From NCBI RefSeq assembly GCF_964213995.1, contig NW_027590498.1, positions 1 through 64,000 of the forward strand: DNA of 64,000 bases. Reading direction: 5' to 3'. A program made the translations under genes and the position numbers. Source of the DNA: Mustelus asterias. Lineage: Eukaryota. Shown here piece after piece: positions 51,181 to 63,400 of the stretch. The notes under the pieces are model-generated. The model ran no database searches, was not told where the DNA came from, and saw nothing but the letters and a program-made list of their open reading frames with translations. The first letter of the stretch is position 1, and each line of letters starts with the position of its first letter.

Positions 51181-51519
51181 CGGGTGTTTGTGAATCCCCC
51201 CCGCCCACCTCCCAGGGTTTCCTTCCTTCCCAGAGATCAGAGTCCTCATTGATTTGAGGCCAAAGTGTAACCTCTTATTTATTGTCCCCCTCCCCCATCC
51301 TCTGATGTGAACCATCCTCCAGTGGCTGAGCCAGGATGGGGCCGTTAACCTGGGCCTGTTCCCGGGAGGGAGGGAGAGAGAAGCCCCGCAGCTGCAAACC
51401 AGGGAGCTGACAATGATTCTGAAGGGTTTGCGGATCCACAAAGTGTTTCCAAATCCTCCCAGCCACCGCCTAACGCTGACTCCGCTTCTCCGGGACAAAC
51501 AAGCGCCAAGGCCAGCAAT

Positions 51520-51700
51520 GACACTGCGCATGCTCCACATCACAATGCCCGGGGACTGATTGACGGCAGCTCCGGACCAATAGGAAGAGGGGGCGGGGCT
51601 GGAGGACAGAGCGGGAGTGGCTGATCCTCCAACCAATCAGAGTGAATGAGGGGCGGGGCCAGAAGCATGCGCAGTGTGGGTAATGGCGCGGACGGTCGGT
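51520..51700. promoter_or_regulatory. CpG-island promoter module (NRF1, CCAAT x2, GC box x2)
   Basis: tgcgcatgc, ccaat at about 51577 and 51633, ggggcggggc twice, gcatgcgca; a related module lies at 54030-54085. Confidence 0.55.
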
Positions 51701-51942
51701 TTTAATTTGGAAGCGCGATCAATACGAGGTAGAGGGCGGCGTGCGGGGAATGATAAATGTGGCGGGTGGGTGGAGAGGCTTTGTAAACATGTTGTTCAAT
51801 CCCAAACCCCGGAAATGAACTTCCCGGTCCCCCCCCTTTGTACCAAATGGAGCGGCAGCTTGTAGTGTTAGACCCGGGCTGACTGCCGCCATTGAGGCTG
51901 CATGTGGGAGGCCGGCAGGGATTGTGATCGGAGAGTGAAGCC

Positions 51943-52306
51943 CTGACGTCACAATGGAATGGGTGGGGGTGTGATGTCACAATGGAATGGGCGATGGTGT
52001 GATGTCACAATGGAATGGGCGATGGTGTGACGTCACAATGGAATGGGTGAGGGTGTGATGTCACAATGGAATGGGTGATGGTGTGACGTCACAATGGAAT
52101 GGGTGAGGGTGGGACGTCACAATGGAATGGGTGAGGGTGGGACGTCACAATGGAATGGGTGAGGGTGGGACGTCACAATGGAATGGGTGAGGGTGGGACG
52201 TCACAATGGAATGGGTGAGGGTGGGACGTCACAATGGAAATGCGAGAGGGTGTGACATCACAATGGAATGGGTGATAGTGTGACGTCACAATGGAATGGG
52301 TGAGGG
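51943..52306. repeat. 28-bp minisatellite (about 13 units) with CRE core
   Basis: Unit tgtgacgtcacaatggaatgggtgaggg. Confidence 0.92.
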
Positions 52307-53079
52307 TTCCAGATGAGCTGAGACTGGGCTGGAGTCGGGCGATGGCACTGACATGTGGCCCGGTGGCACAGTGGTTAGTGCAGCTGCCTAACAGCGCCAG
52401 GGACCCGGGTTCAATTCCAGCCTCGGGTCGCTGTCTGTGCAGAGTTTCTACATTCTCCCCGTGTCTGTGTGGGTTTCCTCCGGGTGTTCCGGTTTCCTTC
52501 CACAGTCCAAAGATGTGCCGGTTAGACGGATTGGCCATGATAAATTGCCGCTTGGTATCAGGGGGATTAACAGGTAAATATGTGGATAGGGCCTGGATGG
52601 GATTTTTGTCGGTGCAGGCTCGATGGGCTGAATGGCCTCCTTCAACACTGTATTTTATTAATCATTATTGTTAATTAATTACTATCAATGCTTCTATGAA
52701 TGAAGGTGGTCTTGATGATGATGTGGACATGTGGCTGGAAGCTCATCTTGGGATGAACTATTTCACCCTGGTTGTCAACAGTGTGGTTCAGCCTCAGACA
52801 GTTGCCAGGTGGAGAGATAAAGTTGTTGGCGAGGGAGTGGAGTTTGTAGTGGGGACTGAACACAATGGGTTCAGTCTTCCCAGTATTTGTATGAAATAAA
52901 TTTCTGTTCTTTCAGTACTGGATGTCAGACAAGTCAGGATGGTGTGTGAGTTGGAGAGGAACTTGGAGCTGATCATGTTCACAGGGTTTGGAAATTCTGT
53001 CAAAGTTCCTGTTGAGTTGTAGATGTATAAAATCTCTCTCCTCACCTCCGGCCTCTCCTACTTCTCTCTGTTTCCACTC

Positions 53080-53475
53080 AGGGTGGAGATGCCAGCGTTG
53101 GACTGGGGTAAGCACAGTAAGAAGTCTCACAACACCATGTTAAAATCCAACAGGTTAATTTGGTAGAATAAGCCACAGGCTTTCGGAGCACTGCTCCTTC
53201 ATCAGGTGAGTGAGAGTTCTGTTCACAAACAGGGCACAGAGACACGAACTCAATTTACAAGATAAGATAATGGTTGGAATGTGAGTCTTTACAGGTAATT
53301 AAGTCTTAAATGTACTGACAATGTGAGTGGAGAGAGGGTTAAGCACAGGTTAAAGAGATGTGTATTGTCTCCAGCCAGGACAGTTAGTGAGATTTTGCAA
53401 GCCCAGGCAAGTCGTGGGGGTTACAGTTAGTGTGAGATGAACTCAAGATCCTGGTTGAGGCCGTCCTCATGTGAT
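53080..53475 (-). mobile_element. Penelope-like terminal repeat fragment
   Basis: Colinear with 24250-24640; contains a hammerhead motif at about 53172-53210 with U16.1 changed to C. Confidence 0.85.
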
Positions 53476-54156
53476 TGACAGATCCATGCTCACTGCTTCC
53501 TGCCCTGGACGCAGAGAGCTGAAAATTTCCATGCAGGCTGCCAGACAGATAGATGTCCACATTACTGGAGTAAAAATGTGTGGAATATACAGACCAAATT
53601 CACTTCATTCCCTACAGTTGCTGCAAGTCCCCAATTTCCCCCAGAATGAGGAAAGAAATGGAAAGGGGGAAACATTGATTTCCTCCCAGATGTTGGACAG
53701 AGGAGTAAGTTTCAATCTGAAGCTCATTGGACAACGTCCACAATGCCTGAATCAGCCAATAGGAATCACTCTGCTCCGTGTTCATGTCTCCGGGTTCCAG
53801 TGCGCAGGCCCGGGCGCGCGGACCCGGGAGCCCCGCCCCCACCCATTGTTCCCCTCCCCCTGCACCACATCGAGCCAAGATTTCCAGGCAACCGGCTGGC
53901 AGCTCCGGCCAGAGCGAGAAGCTGATCAGTGATCTCCCCCTCCCCGGGACTGTAAATGTGCGAGGGAGAGGGGAAGCTGTGCATGTGCAGGGGAGAACCC
54001 ACCCTCTGATCTTCATGCTGAGGTGTTGACCAATGGGAAGAGTTGGAGGACCGGAAGGACTCTGGTCCTCCAGCCAATCAGAGCGTGGGCTTTGTGTGAA
54101 TGAAGATTGATCTTCAGACAGACTCAAACCTCCTCCTGTCTCAAACATTGGAGTTT

Positions 54157-54227
54157 GTTTCTGTAGTGAAGTGGCTTCACGTTCGCCTGAAACGCAGAAG
54201 TCCCCGGGTCAGAACCGGGCAGAAACT
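54157..54227 (+). pseudogene. tRNA-Val-derived pseudogene with GAA anticodon
   Basis: gtttctgtagtgaagtggcttcacgttcgcctGAAacgcagaagtccccgggtcagaaccgggcagaaac: tRNA-Val body, paired acceptor stem, damaged T-loop/B-box. Confidence 0.75.
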
Positions 54228-54802
54228 TGGACTTGTTTCTCTGATACATCTGTGAGTAACACACTTTCTTTTTCCACCACAGTTTGTTCACAGGTTTTTG
54301 GCTTCCTGCAGGGAGGAAGGGAAGGGGGAAGGGAAGGGGGAAGGAAGGTGGGAGGTGAACTGTTGCCTGCCTGCCTGCTGCCTGGCCTGCCTGCCTCTGG
54401 AGGGTGTGCTCTCCCCGGAGGGAGGGAGGAAGAGAGGACGAGGAGTGACTGGAGAGGAGGGGGGGGCGAAGCCATTTCAGACTGTCTATTTTTTCCATCT
54501 GCAGTGGGGGGGTGAAGATAACAGACTTTAACTGTTTGCGCCCGACAGGGCCCCAAGACCCAAGTCCCCCACCCACTGCTGCTGACCCCAACACCGGCAC
54601 CCCCTCCCCTCCTGACTGGGGCACCGGCCCCCCCTCCGTGCCTTGTCCCTCGTCTCCCTCCTGCTCCTGACCTCCTCTCTCACTCCAGGGAGAGAGCACC
54701 TGGACCCCCATCCACCTACCCTCCCTTATTTTTCCCTCCTCTTATACGTCGTGCCGTGCATCTGGGCAGTCTCGGGGTGGGCGTAGCACTCCCTTGATTA
54801 CT

Positions 54803-56220
54803 ATGGCGGCATCGCCAGTGTCGCCGGTGGCAGAGCCTTCTCAGCCCACTTATGCGGGCGTGACGGCTACCAGAGCCCCCGCCGCTCCCAAGGCCCTGCC
54901 GCCATTCTCTCTGATCACCAGACAGCTCGGGGTGAAGTGCTACGCCCACCCCGACATGTCCATCGAGGCCTGTGTCAAGGCAATGGCTGGGGTTGTCGGC
55001 CCCTCAGCCATTGTCGCGGCCTCGAAGATGTACGGCCGGGCCGTATTTTTCCTGAAGGCCGAGCGGGCGGTCCACCTCGCCCTGGAGAGGGGGCTCACGG
55101 TGGGCGGGACGTTCCTGGCGGTGGACCCATTGGAGGCCACCGCCCATAAGATCATGTTATCGAACGTCCCGCCCTTCCTACTGAGTGAGCTCCTCCTCCC
55201 CCACCTCCATCTACTGGGGGAGGTCAGGTCCGGGGTGCAGCCGATCCCGCTCGGCCTCCGGGACCCCTCCCTCCGCCACATATACTCCTTCCGGCGCCAG
55301 GTTTTTGTCCGCCTGGCCCGGGAGGAGGAACTGGAGGAAGGGTTCAATGTCCCCCACGAGGGGACCACTTACCGGGTCTTTTGGTCCGCGGACGGTGTGC
55401 GGTGCCATGCCTGTAAGGAGGTGGGGCACGTGAGGAAAAACTGCCCCGTCTCCAAGGCCGCCGACCACCAACCCAAGGCGGCCGCAGCTGGCACCGCAGC
55501 CCCCTCTCCCCCCAAGCGAGTACCATCTGCCCCCCCGCGAGGGGAGGCCACGCCGGCAGCAGCTGCCACCTCAGCTGCCGGCGGGGGGAGAGTGGAGCCT
55601 CCGCGTGGCCAGAAGGCCCAGAAGGGCACGACAAAAAAGAAGGGGGTACCGGAACCCCGGCCCCCAAGAAAGACACCCCAACCACCCCGGCAGCCGGCTC
55701 GGGGACTACCTCAGTCTCCACCTGCACCCCCCCCCCCCCATCTGCCGGGCCCATGGGCTCTCCGGGGCCGCAGATGCCCAGGATCATGGGCCCGAGCATG
55801 GGGAGGGGGGTTAGCGACCCCGAGCCGTCAAAACTGGCGACGCCGCCACCTCGGGGGGACGTGACGGGGGAGCAGGGGGGGGTGCGGCAAGGCGAAGAGG
55901 GGCCTCACTTGCCCGAGAGCAGGTTAACAAAAAGAGGCAGGGCCCCTCGGGCACCGTAGAGTTCGAGGTCTGCGTGCCCCTCCCCCCTTGTGAATCATCT
56001 CCTGCCGTGCCCCCACCTGTCTTTGTGCCTTGTCCCCTGAAAAAAGGGGGCAAGGCACCCTATAAATCGAAACGTGTGCTGCCTCAGTCCCCCGACGAGG
56101 AGTCTCCGGGGCCGGGTGGCAGCGGGGCCCCCGCGGCTCTGTTCCACCCGGTCGATTACAACCTGGACTTCTTCTTTAGCATGTCAGGGGACTGGGGCAA
56201 CACCCCAATGTTCGTGTCCC
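54803..56220 (+). mobile_element. Tx1-type (L1 clade) retrotransposon ORF1, 3' truncated
   Basis: IVAASKMYGRAVFFL, LSNVPPF, HIYSFRRQV and CCHC knuckle CHACKEVGHVRKNC; Pro-rich, frameshifted C-terminus. Confidence 0.88.
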
Positions 56221-56224
56221 TATC

Positions 56225-58400
56225 ATCAGGTGGTCCACGGGAGGAGGCCAAGTGGGTGACGGCCAGGAAGGGTAAAGCTCGGGTGATTGAGAGCACCCCG
56301 GTGGATGTGCCCCCACACAACAAGTACTCCTGCCTGAGTACTGTTGGGAGGGACAGCCCGCCTGGGGGAAGCAGCAGTGACCGTGTCTCCGGGGTGGAGT
56401 CCGGCCCTGTAACTCAGAGGGCTAAAGAAAAGAGGGGAAGGCAGTATTAATCGGGGACTCGGCAGTCAGGGGGACGGACAGGCGATTTTGCGGAGGCAGG
56501 CGGGAGTCTCGGATGGTGGTCTGCCTCCCTGGGGCCGGGATCCAGGATGTCGCTGGGCGAATCCCAGAAATCCTGAGGTGGGAGGGAGAGGAGCCGGAGG
56601 TAGCGGTACATATTGGTACCGCTGATGTGGGAAGGAAGGGGGAAGGGGTCATGAAAAGGGAGTATCGGGAATTAGGGAGACAGCTGAGAAGGAGGAAAGC
56701 AAAGGTAGTAATCTCAGGATTGCTGCCTGTGCCACGGGAAGGTGAGGGCAGGAATGGAGTGAGGTGGAGGATGAATGTGTGGCTGAGGGACTGGTGTAGG
56801 GGGCAGGGATTCAGGTTCCTGGACCATTGGGACCTCTTTAGGGGCAAGTGTGACCTGTACACAAAAAACGGGTGGCACTTGAATCCCAGGGGGACCAATA
56901 TCCTGGCAGGAAGGTTGGCGAAGGCGACTGGGGAGAGTTTAAACTCGATAGGTTGGGGGGAGGGGATCAGAGTGAGGAAGGTCGCTCGCAAACAGAGAAG
57001 GGTTAAAGAGGGTGGATGGACAGGGAATTAAGGGGAGAGCTCAGACCATAGGATTGAGATGTGTTTACTTTAATGCCAGGAGTATAGTGAATAAAGGGGA
57101 TGAGCTCAGAGCGTGGATCGATGCCTGGAAGTATGATGTGGTGGCCATTACGGAGACTTGGATGTCTCAGGGACAGGACTGGATACTCCAGGTGCCGGGA
57201 TTCAGATGTTTCAGGAAGGACAGGGAGGGAGGCAAGAGAGGGGGTGGAGTGGCACTGCTGATCAGGGATAGTGTCACAGCTGTAGAGAAGGTGTATGCTG
57301 TGGAGGGATTGTCCACCGAGTCTCTGTGGGTGGAGGTACAGAGTGCAAAGGGGCCGGTCACTTTGCTGGGAGTTTTCTACAGGCCGCCTAATAGTAACAG
57401 GGAGGTGGAGGAGCAGATAGGGTAACAGATCCTGGAGAGATGCAGTAATAGCAGAGTTGTTGTGATGGGAGACTTTAATTTCCCAAACATAGATTGGAAT
57501 ATCCCGAGGGTAAGGGGATTGGATGGGAAAGAGTTCATTAGGTGTGTTCAGGAGGGTTTCCTGACACAGCATGTGGACAAGCCTACAAGAGGAGAGGCTG
57601 TACTTGATCTGATACTGACCAATGAACCTGGACAGGTGTCAGATCTCTCAGTGGGAGAGCATCTTGGGGATAGCGGTCATAACTATCTCCTTTAGGCTTG
57701 CATTAGAAAAAACGAGAGGATCAGGCAAGCCAGGAAAGTGTTTATATGGAGTAAGGGGAAATATGAAGACATTAGACAGCAAATTAGAGGAGTAAATTGG
57801 AAGGAGGTATTCTCAGGGAAATGTACTGAAGAGAGGTGGCAGTTTTTCAAGGAATGCCTGTCTAGAGTTCTACAGAACAATGTTCCGAGCAGACGGGGAG
57901 GTGTTGGTCAGTTAAAGGAACCGTGGTGCACGAAAGCTGTGCGGGACCTAGTCGAGAAGAAAAGGAAAGCGTACAAAAGACTCAGAGCTTGGCAAAGATA
58001 GGGATTTAGAAGAGTATACGACTTGTCGGAAGGGACTAAAGAAGGAAATTAGGAGAGCCAGAATGGGTCACGAGAAGGCCCTGGCAGGTAGGATTAAGGA
58101 GAACCCCAAGGCATTCTATAAATATGTGAAGAGTAAAAGGATGAGACGTGATGGAATAGGGCCTATAAAAGGTGAAGGCGGGAAAGTCTGTACGGAACCA
58201 GTAGAAATGGCAGAGGTGCTCAATTAGTATTTTGCCTCTGTTTTCACAGAGGAGAAGGACCTGGGTGGATGTACTGCGGGCTTGTGGTGGACTGAAAAGA
58301 TTGAGTATGTGGACTTTAAGAAAGAGGTTGTGCTGGAATCTTTGAATGGCATCAAGATAGATAAGTCGCCGGGTCCGGATGGGATGTACCCCAGGTTACT
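56225..58400 (+). mobile_element. CR1 element A: ORF1 esterase + APE endonuclease, ends before the RT core
   Basis: GDS...CLPGA...HIGT.D...WHLN (SGNH-type); YFNARS, ITETW, YRPP, GDFN; stops at DGMYPRL. Confidence 0.9.
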
Positions 58401-60414
58401 CGGCCTGGGGAGGTTTGTTGCTGGCTTTAAAAAGGGATTGCCTTGGAGGTTTCAGCCTCACTGTTCCACAGAGAGAGCTGAGGGTAAGAGAGAGTGTTTT
58501 TTAGTGGAGATTTATTTTTTTTTTCAGTTAATTTTGTGCGTAAAATCGGAGGGTTTTTTTTTCAAAACCGGAAGTAGGCCTGGGGAGGTTTGTTGCTGGC
58601 TTTAAAAGGCAGGCAGCACTTACGAGCGGGCAGTGGAGCAAGTGAAGCAGAGTGGGAGCTGTCAGGGCTTTGGCTCAGAGGGCTTAGGCGGTAAGGGCGA
58701 GGCAGGGCAAGTTATTTTTATCCAAACCTATACAGGAAAAGGGTAACTATGAATGATAGGCCAGTTCTGTGCTTCCGCTGTGGGATGTGGGAGTTCCTGG
58801 AAACACCTAGCCTCCCGGAGGACCACATTTGTGCCAGGTGCGTGGAACTGCAGCTCCTGAGGGACCGTGTCACGGAACTGGAGCTGCAGATTGCTGACCT
58901 TGGTCTAGTCAGGGAGAATGAGAGAATAATTGACACGAGTTACAGGGAACTAGTTACACCGGGGCATCGGGAGGAAGACATGTGGGTCACAGTTAGGAGG
59001 AGTAAAGGTCAGAAGGGTAATGTACCAGAGAGTACTCCAGTGGCTGTCTCTCATAATAGGAAGGGCTCGGCGACAGGTGTGAGAGGGGAGGGGAGTGAGC
59101 AATTAGTGGAGGGGTCACCCGTGGTTGTCCCCCTCCAAAACAAGCATATTGTTTTGGATAGTGTGGAGGAGGATGACTCTCCAGGGGTAAGCCACAGTGA
59201 CCAGGTCACTGGCAGAGTCAGGCTCTGTGGCCCAGAAAGGAAAGAGAGGGGTTAGGAGAGAAATAGTGGTGGGGGATGCGTCGGTTAGAGGCACGGACAG
59301 GCGATTCTGTGGGTGCAAACGGGACTCCAGGATGGTAGTCTGCCTACCTGGTGCTGGGGTACTGGATGTCTCCAAGCGGATAGGAGGCATCTTAAAAAGC
59401 GGAAGATAAAGAAACGGATGTCATTGTACACATTGGTGCAAATGACGTAGATAGGAAGAGCAGGGGGATCCTACGAGAGCAATTCAGGGAGTTGGGAAAT
59501 AGACTAAAAAGTAGGGCCTCCAGGGTGGCCATCTCTGGGCTGCTCCCAATGCCTCATGCCAGTGAGGCTAAGAATAGGGAGTTAGTACAATTGAATGCTT
59601 GGCTAAAGGACTGGTCCAGGAGGGAGGGCTTCATTTTCCTAGTTCAATGGGAAGTTTTCAGGAGAGGATGGCACCTGTACAAGGAGGACGGGTCACAACT
59701 AAGTTGGAAGGGCACGAATATCCTGGCTGGGAGTTTTGCTAGTGCAGTTCGGGGGGGTTTAAACTAGTATGGCAGGGGGGTGGGGATCAAAATATTAGGT
59801 CTACAAGTGTAGAGGCTGGGGACGAGATTGGGGCTGGGACAAGGCTGGCAAAGAAGAAGTGCACTCTGGGGGAGGATGACCTCACTGGGCCTGGAGGTCT
59901 GGAGTGCTTATACTTCAATGCAAGGAGCGTAGCAGGTAAGACAGACGAACTGAGGGCCTTAATGCTCACGAGGAATTTGGATGTGGTTGCGGTGACAGAG
60001 ACTTGGTTGAAAGAGGGACAGGACTGGCAGCTGAACATTCCGGGCTACAAGTGTTTTAGGTGAGACAGAGGAGGGGCCAAAAGAGGTGGGGGAGTAGCAG
60101 TATTAGTTGGAGAGCATATTACAGCGGTGCAGAGGGAGGACAATTCAGAGGGGTTGTGTAACAAGTCACTCTGGGTGGAGCTTAGAAACAGGAAGGGTGC
60201 AGTCACTATGTTGGGAGTATACTACAGGCCCCCCAACAGCCCAAGGGAAGTGGGAGTTCGGATATGTCAGGAGATACTGGATAGGTGCAGGAAAAATAGG
60301 GTTGTTGTAGTGACTTCAATTTCCCTGGTATAGACTGGAAATCGCTGAGAGCAGGGACTCTGAATGGGGAGGAATTTGTGAAATGCGTACAGGAGAGTTC
60401 TTTGGAACAATATG
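58401..60414 (+). mobile_element. CR1 element B: 5' UTR, ORF1, start of ORF2
   Basis: ORF1 CFRCGMW...CARC zinc finger, leucine zipper and esterase (frameshifted); the endonuclease breaks off near 60414. Confidence 0.9.
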
Positions 60415-60431
60415 GCAGGGGGGTGGGGATC

Positions 60432-63400
60432 GACCTCTTTGTTTGACTGGGGGAGAGAGTCTTAGCAGGAGTGCTGAGAGTAAGCAAAGAAGTGATTTAA
60501 TTATTCATTTAAGGGTATTCCTAGTATATTTCGCGGGCTTTTTTCAGGGTTTTGAATTGAGGAAGTGAGGTCAGCTGAAGGGGATTCTGGGAGGTTGAGT
60601 CTTAGTATAAAAGGCAGTTACCTGGGGGGTTCGCAGGGAGCATAAAAAGCCGGCTGCACTATACAGTGGGCAGCGTCGGGAGCGGGCAGTGGAGTGAGTG
60701 GGTAGCAGAGTGTGCACTATAAGGGCTTTGGCTCACAGGGCTTAGGCTGAAAGGGCGAGGCAAGGCTAGTTATTTTTTTACCCAACCCTATAAAGAATAA
60801 GGGCAGGTATGAGTGATCGGCCAGTTCAGTGCTTCCGATGTGGGATGTGGGAGTTCCTGCAAACACCTAGCTTCCCAGAGGTTCACATATGTGCCAGGTG
60901 CGTGGAACTGCAGCTCTTGAGGGACCGTGTCATGGAACTGGAGCTGCAGATCGCTGACCTTAGTCTAGTCAGGGAAAATGGGAGAAAAATTGACAGGAGT
61001 TATAGGCAACTAGTTACACCGGGGCATCGGGAGGAAGACACGTGGGTCACAGTTAGGAGGAGTAAAGGGCAGAAGGGTAAAGTACAAGGGAGGACTCCAG
61101 TGGTGGTCTCTCAAAATAGGAAGGGCTTGGTGACAGGTGTGAGAGGGGAGGGGAGTGAACAGTTAGAAGAGGTGTCACCTGTGGTTGTCCCACTCCAAAA
61201 CAGGTACATTGTTTTATAGTGTGGAGGAGTGTGCCTCTCCAGGGGTAAGACACAGTGACCAGGTCACTGGCACACAGTCAGGCTCTGTGGCCCGGAAAGG
61301 GAAGAGAGGGGTTAGGAGAGCGATAGTGGTGGGGGATGCATCAGTTAGAGGCACAGACAGGCGATTCTGTGGGGGTGAACAGGACTCCAGGATGGTAGTC
61401 TGCCTACCTGGTGCTGGGGTCACGGATGTCTCCAAGCAGATAGGAGGCATATTAAAAGGGGAAGATAATGAAACGGATGTCATTATACACATTGGTGGAA
61501 ATGACGTAGATAGGAAGAGTAGGGGGATCCTAAGAGAGCAATTCAGGGAGTTGGGAAATAGGTTAAAAAGTAGGGTCACTAGGGTGGCCATCTCTGGGCT
61601 GCTCCCAATGCCTCGTGCCAGTGAGGCTAAGAATAGGGAGTTGGTACAAATGAATGCCTGGCTAAAGGACTGGTCCAGGAGGGAGGGCTTCATTTTCATA
61701 GATCAATGGGAGGTTTTCAGGAGAGGATGGCACCTGTACAAGAGGGAGGGGTCACAACTAAGTTGGAAGGGCACAAATATCCTGGCTGGGAGCTTTGCTA
61801 GTGCAGTTCGGGGGGGTTTAAACTAGTATGGCAGGGGGGTGGGGATCAAACTATTAGGTCTATAAGTGTGGAGGCTGGGGACGAGCTTGGGGCTGGGACA
61901 AGGCTGGCAAAGAAGAAGAGCACTCTGGGGGAGGATGACCTCACTGGGCCTGGAGGTCTGGAGTGCTTATACTTCAATGCAAGGAGCGTAGCAGGTAAGA
62001 CAGACGAACTTGGGGCCTTAATGCGCACGAGGAATTTGGATGTGGTTGCAGTGACAGAGACTTGGTTGAAAGAGGGACAGGACTGGCAGCTGAATATTCC
62101 AGGGTACAAGTGTTTTAGGCGAGACAGAGGAGGGGCCAAAAGAGGTGGGGAGTAGCGGTATTAGTTGGAGAGCATATTACAGCGGTGCAGAGGGAGGACA
62201 ATTCAGAGGGGTCGTGTAACGAGTCACTCTGGGTGGAGCTTAGAAACAGGAAAGGCGCAGTCACTATGTTGGGGGTGTACTACAGGCCCCCCAACAGCCC
62301 AAGGGAAGTGGAAGAATGGATATGTCAGGAGATACTGGATAGGTGCAGGAAAAATAGGGTTGTTGTAGTGGGAGACTTCAATTTCCCTGGTATAGACTGG
62401 AAATCGCTGAGGACAGGTACTCTGGATGGGGAGGAATTTGTAAAATGTGTACTGGAGGGTTCGTTGGAACAATATGTAAACAGCCCGACTAGAGAGGGGG
62501 CTATACTGGACCTGGTACTGGGGAATGAGCCCGGTCAGGTCTTCAAAGTTTTGGTAGGGGAACATGTGGCAAATAGTGACCACAATTCTGTTAGCTTTAG
62601 GATAGTGATGGAAAAGGATGAGTGGTGTCCCAAGGGTAAGGTGTTGGATTGGGGGAAGGCTAACTTTAGTGGGATTATGCAGAAATTGGCAGCTGTTGAT
62701 TGGGAGAGGCTGTTTGAGGATAAATCCACATCTGGCATGTGGGAGTCTTTTAAGGAACAGTTGTTAGGGCCACAGGACAGGCATGTGCCTGTAAAAAAGG
62801 ATAGGATTCGAGAACTGTGGATAACCAGGGAAATTGAGGGACTGGTCAAAAAGAAAAGAGGCGCATGTTAGGTCCAGGCAGCTAAAAACGGAGGGAGCTC
62901 TGGAGGAGTACAAAGAAAGTAGGAAAGAACTCAAACGGGGAATTAGAAGAGCAAAAAGGGGTCACGAAATGTCCTTGGCAGACAGGATTAAGGAGAATCC
63001 AAAGGCATTTTATTCATACGTTAGGAACAAAAGGGTTGTCAGGGGAAAAAAAAAAATCAGACCTCAGGGACAAAAGTGGGGAATTATGCTTGGAGCCCAA
63101 AGAAGTAGGGGAGATCCTAAATGAATACTTTGCGTCGGTATTCACAATGGAGGGGGATGTGTTGACTGGGAGTGTCTCAGAGGGGAGTGTTGAACCGTTG
63201 GAGAAAATCTCCATTACAAGGGAGGAAGTGTTAGGTTTGTTAGAGAATATAAAGACTGACAAATCCCCAGGGCCTGATGGAATCTATCCAAGGCTGCTCA
63301 GGGAGACGAGAGATGAAATTGCTGGGCCTCTGACGCAAATCTTTGTCTCGTCACTGGGCACAGGCGAGGTCCCAGAGGATTGGAGGATAGCTAATGTGGT

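Noticed and set aside
50903-51208. Domesticated syncytin-like env gene
   Set aside because: No signal peptide or SU, two frameshifts, and the first Cys of CX6CC is deleted.
51943-52306. CRISPR-like periodicity (also 46871-47163 and 32411-32578)
   Set aside because: Units are contiguous with no unique spacers, there are no cas genes, and the context is vertebrate; these are minisatellites.
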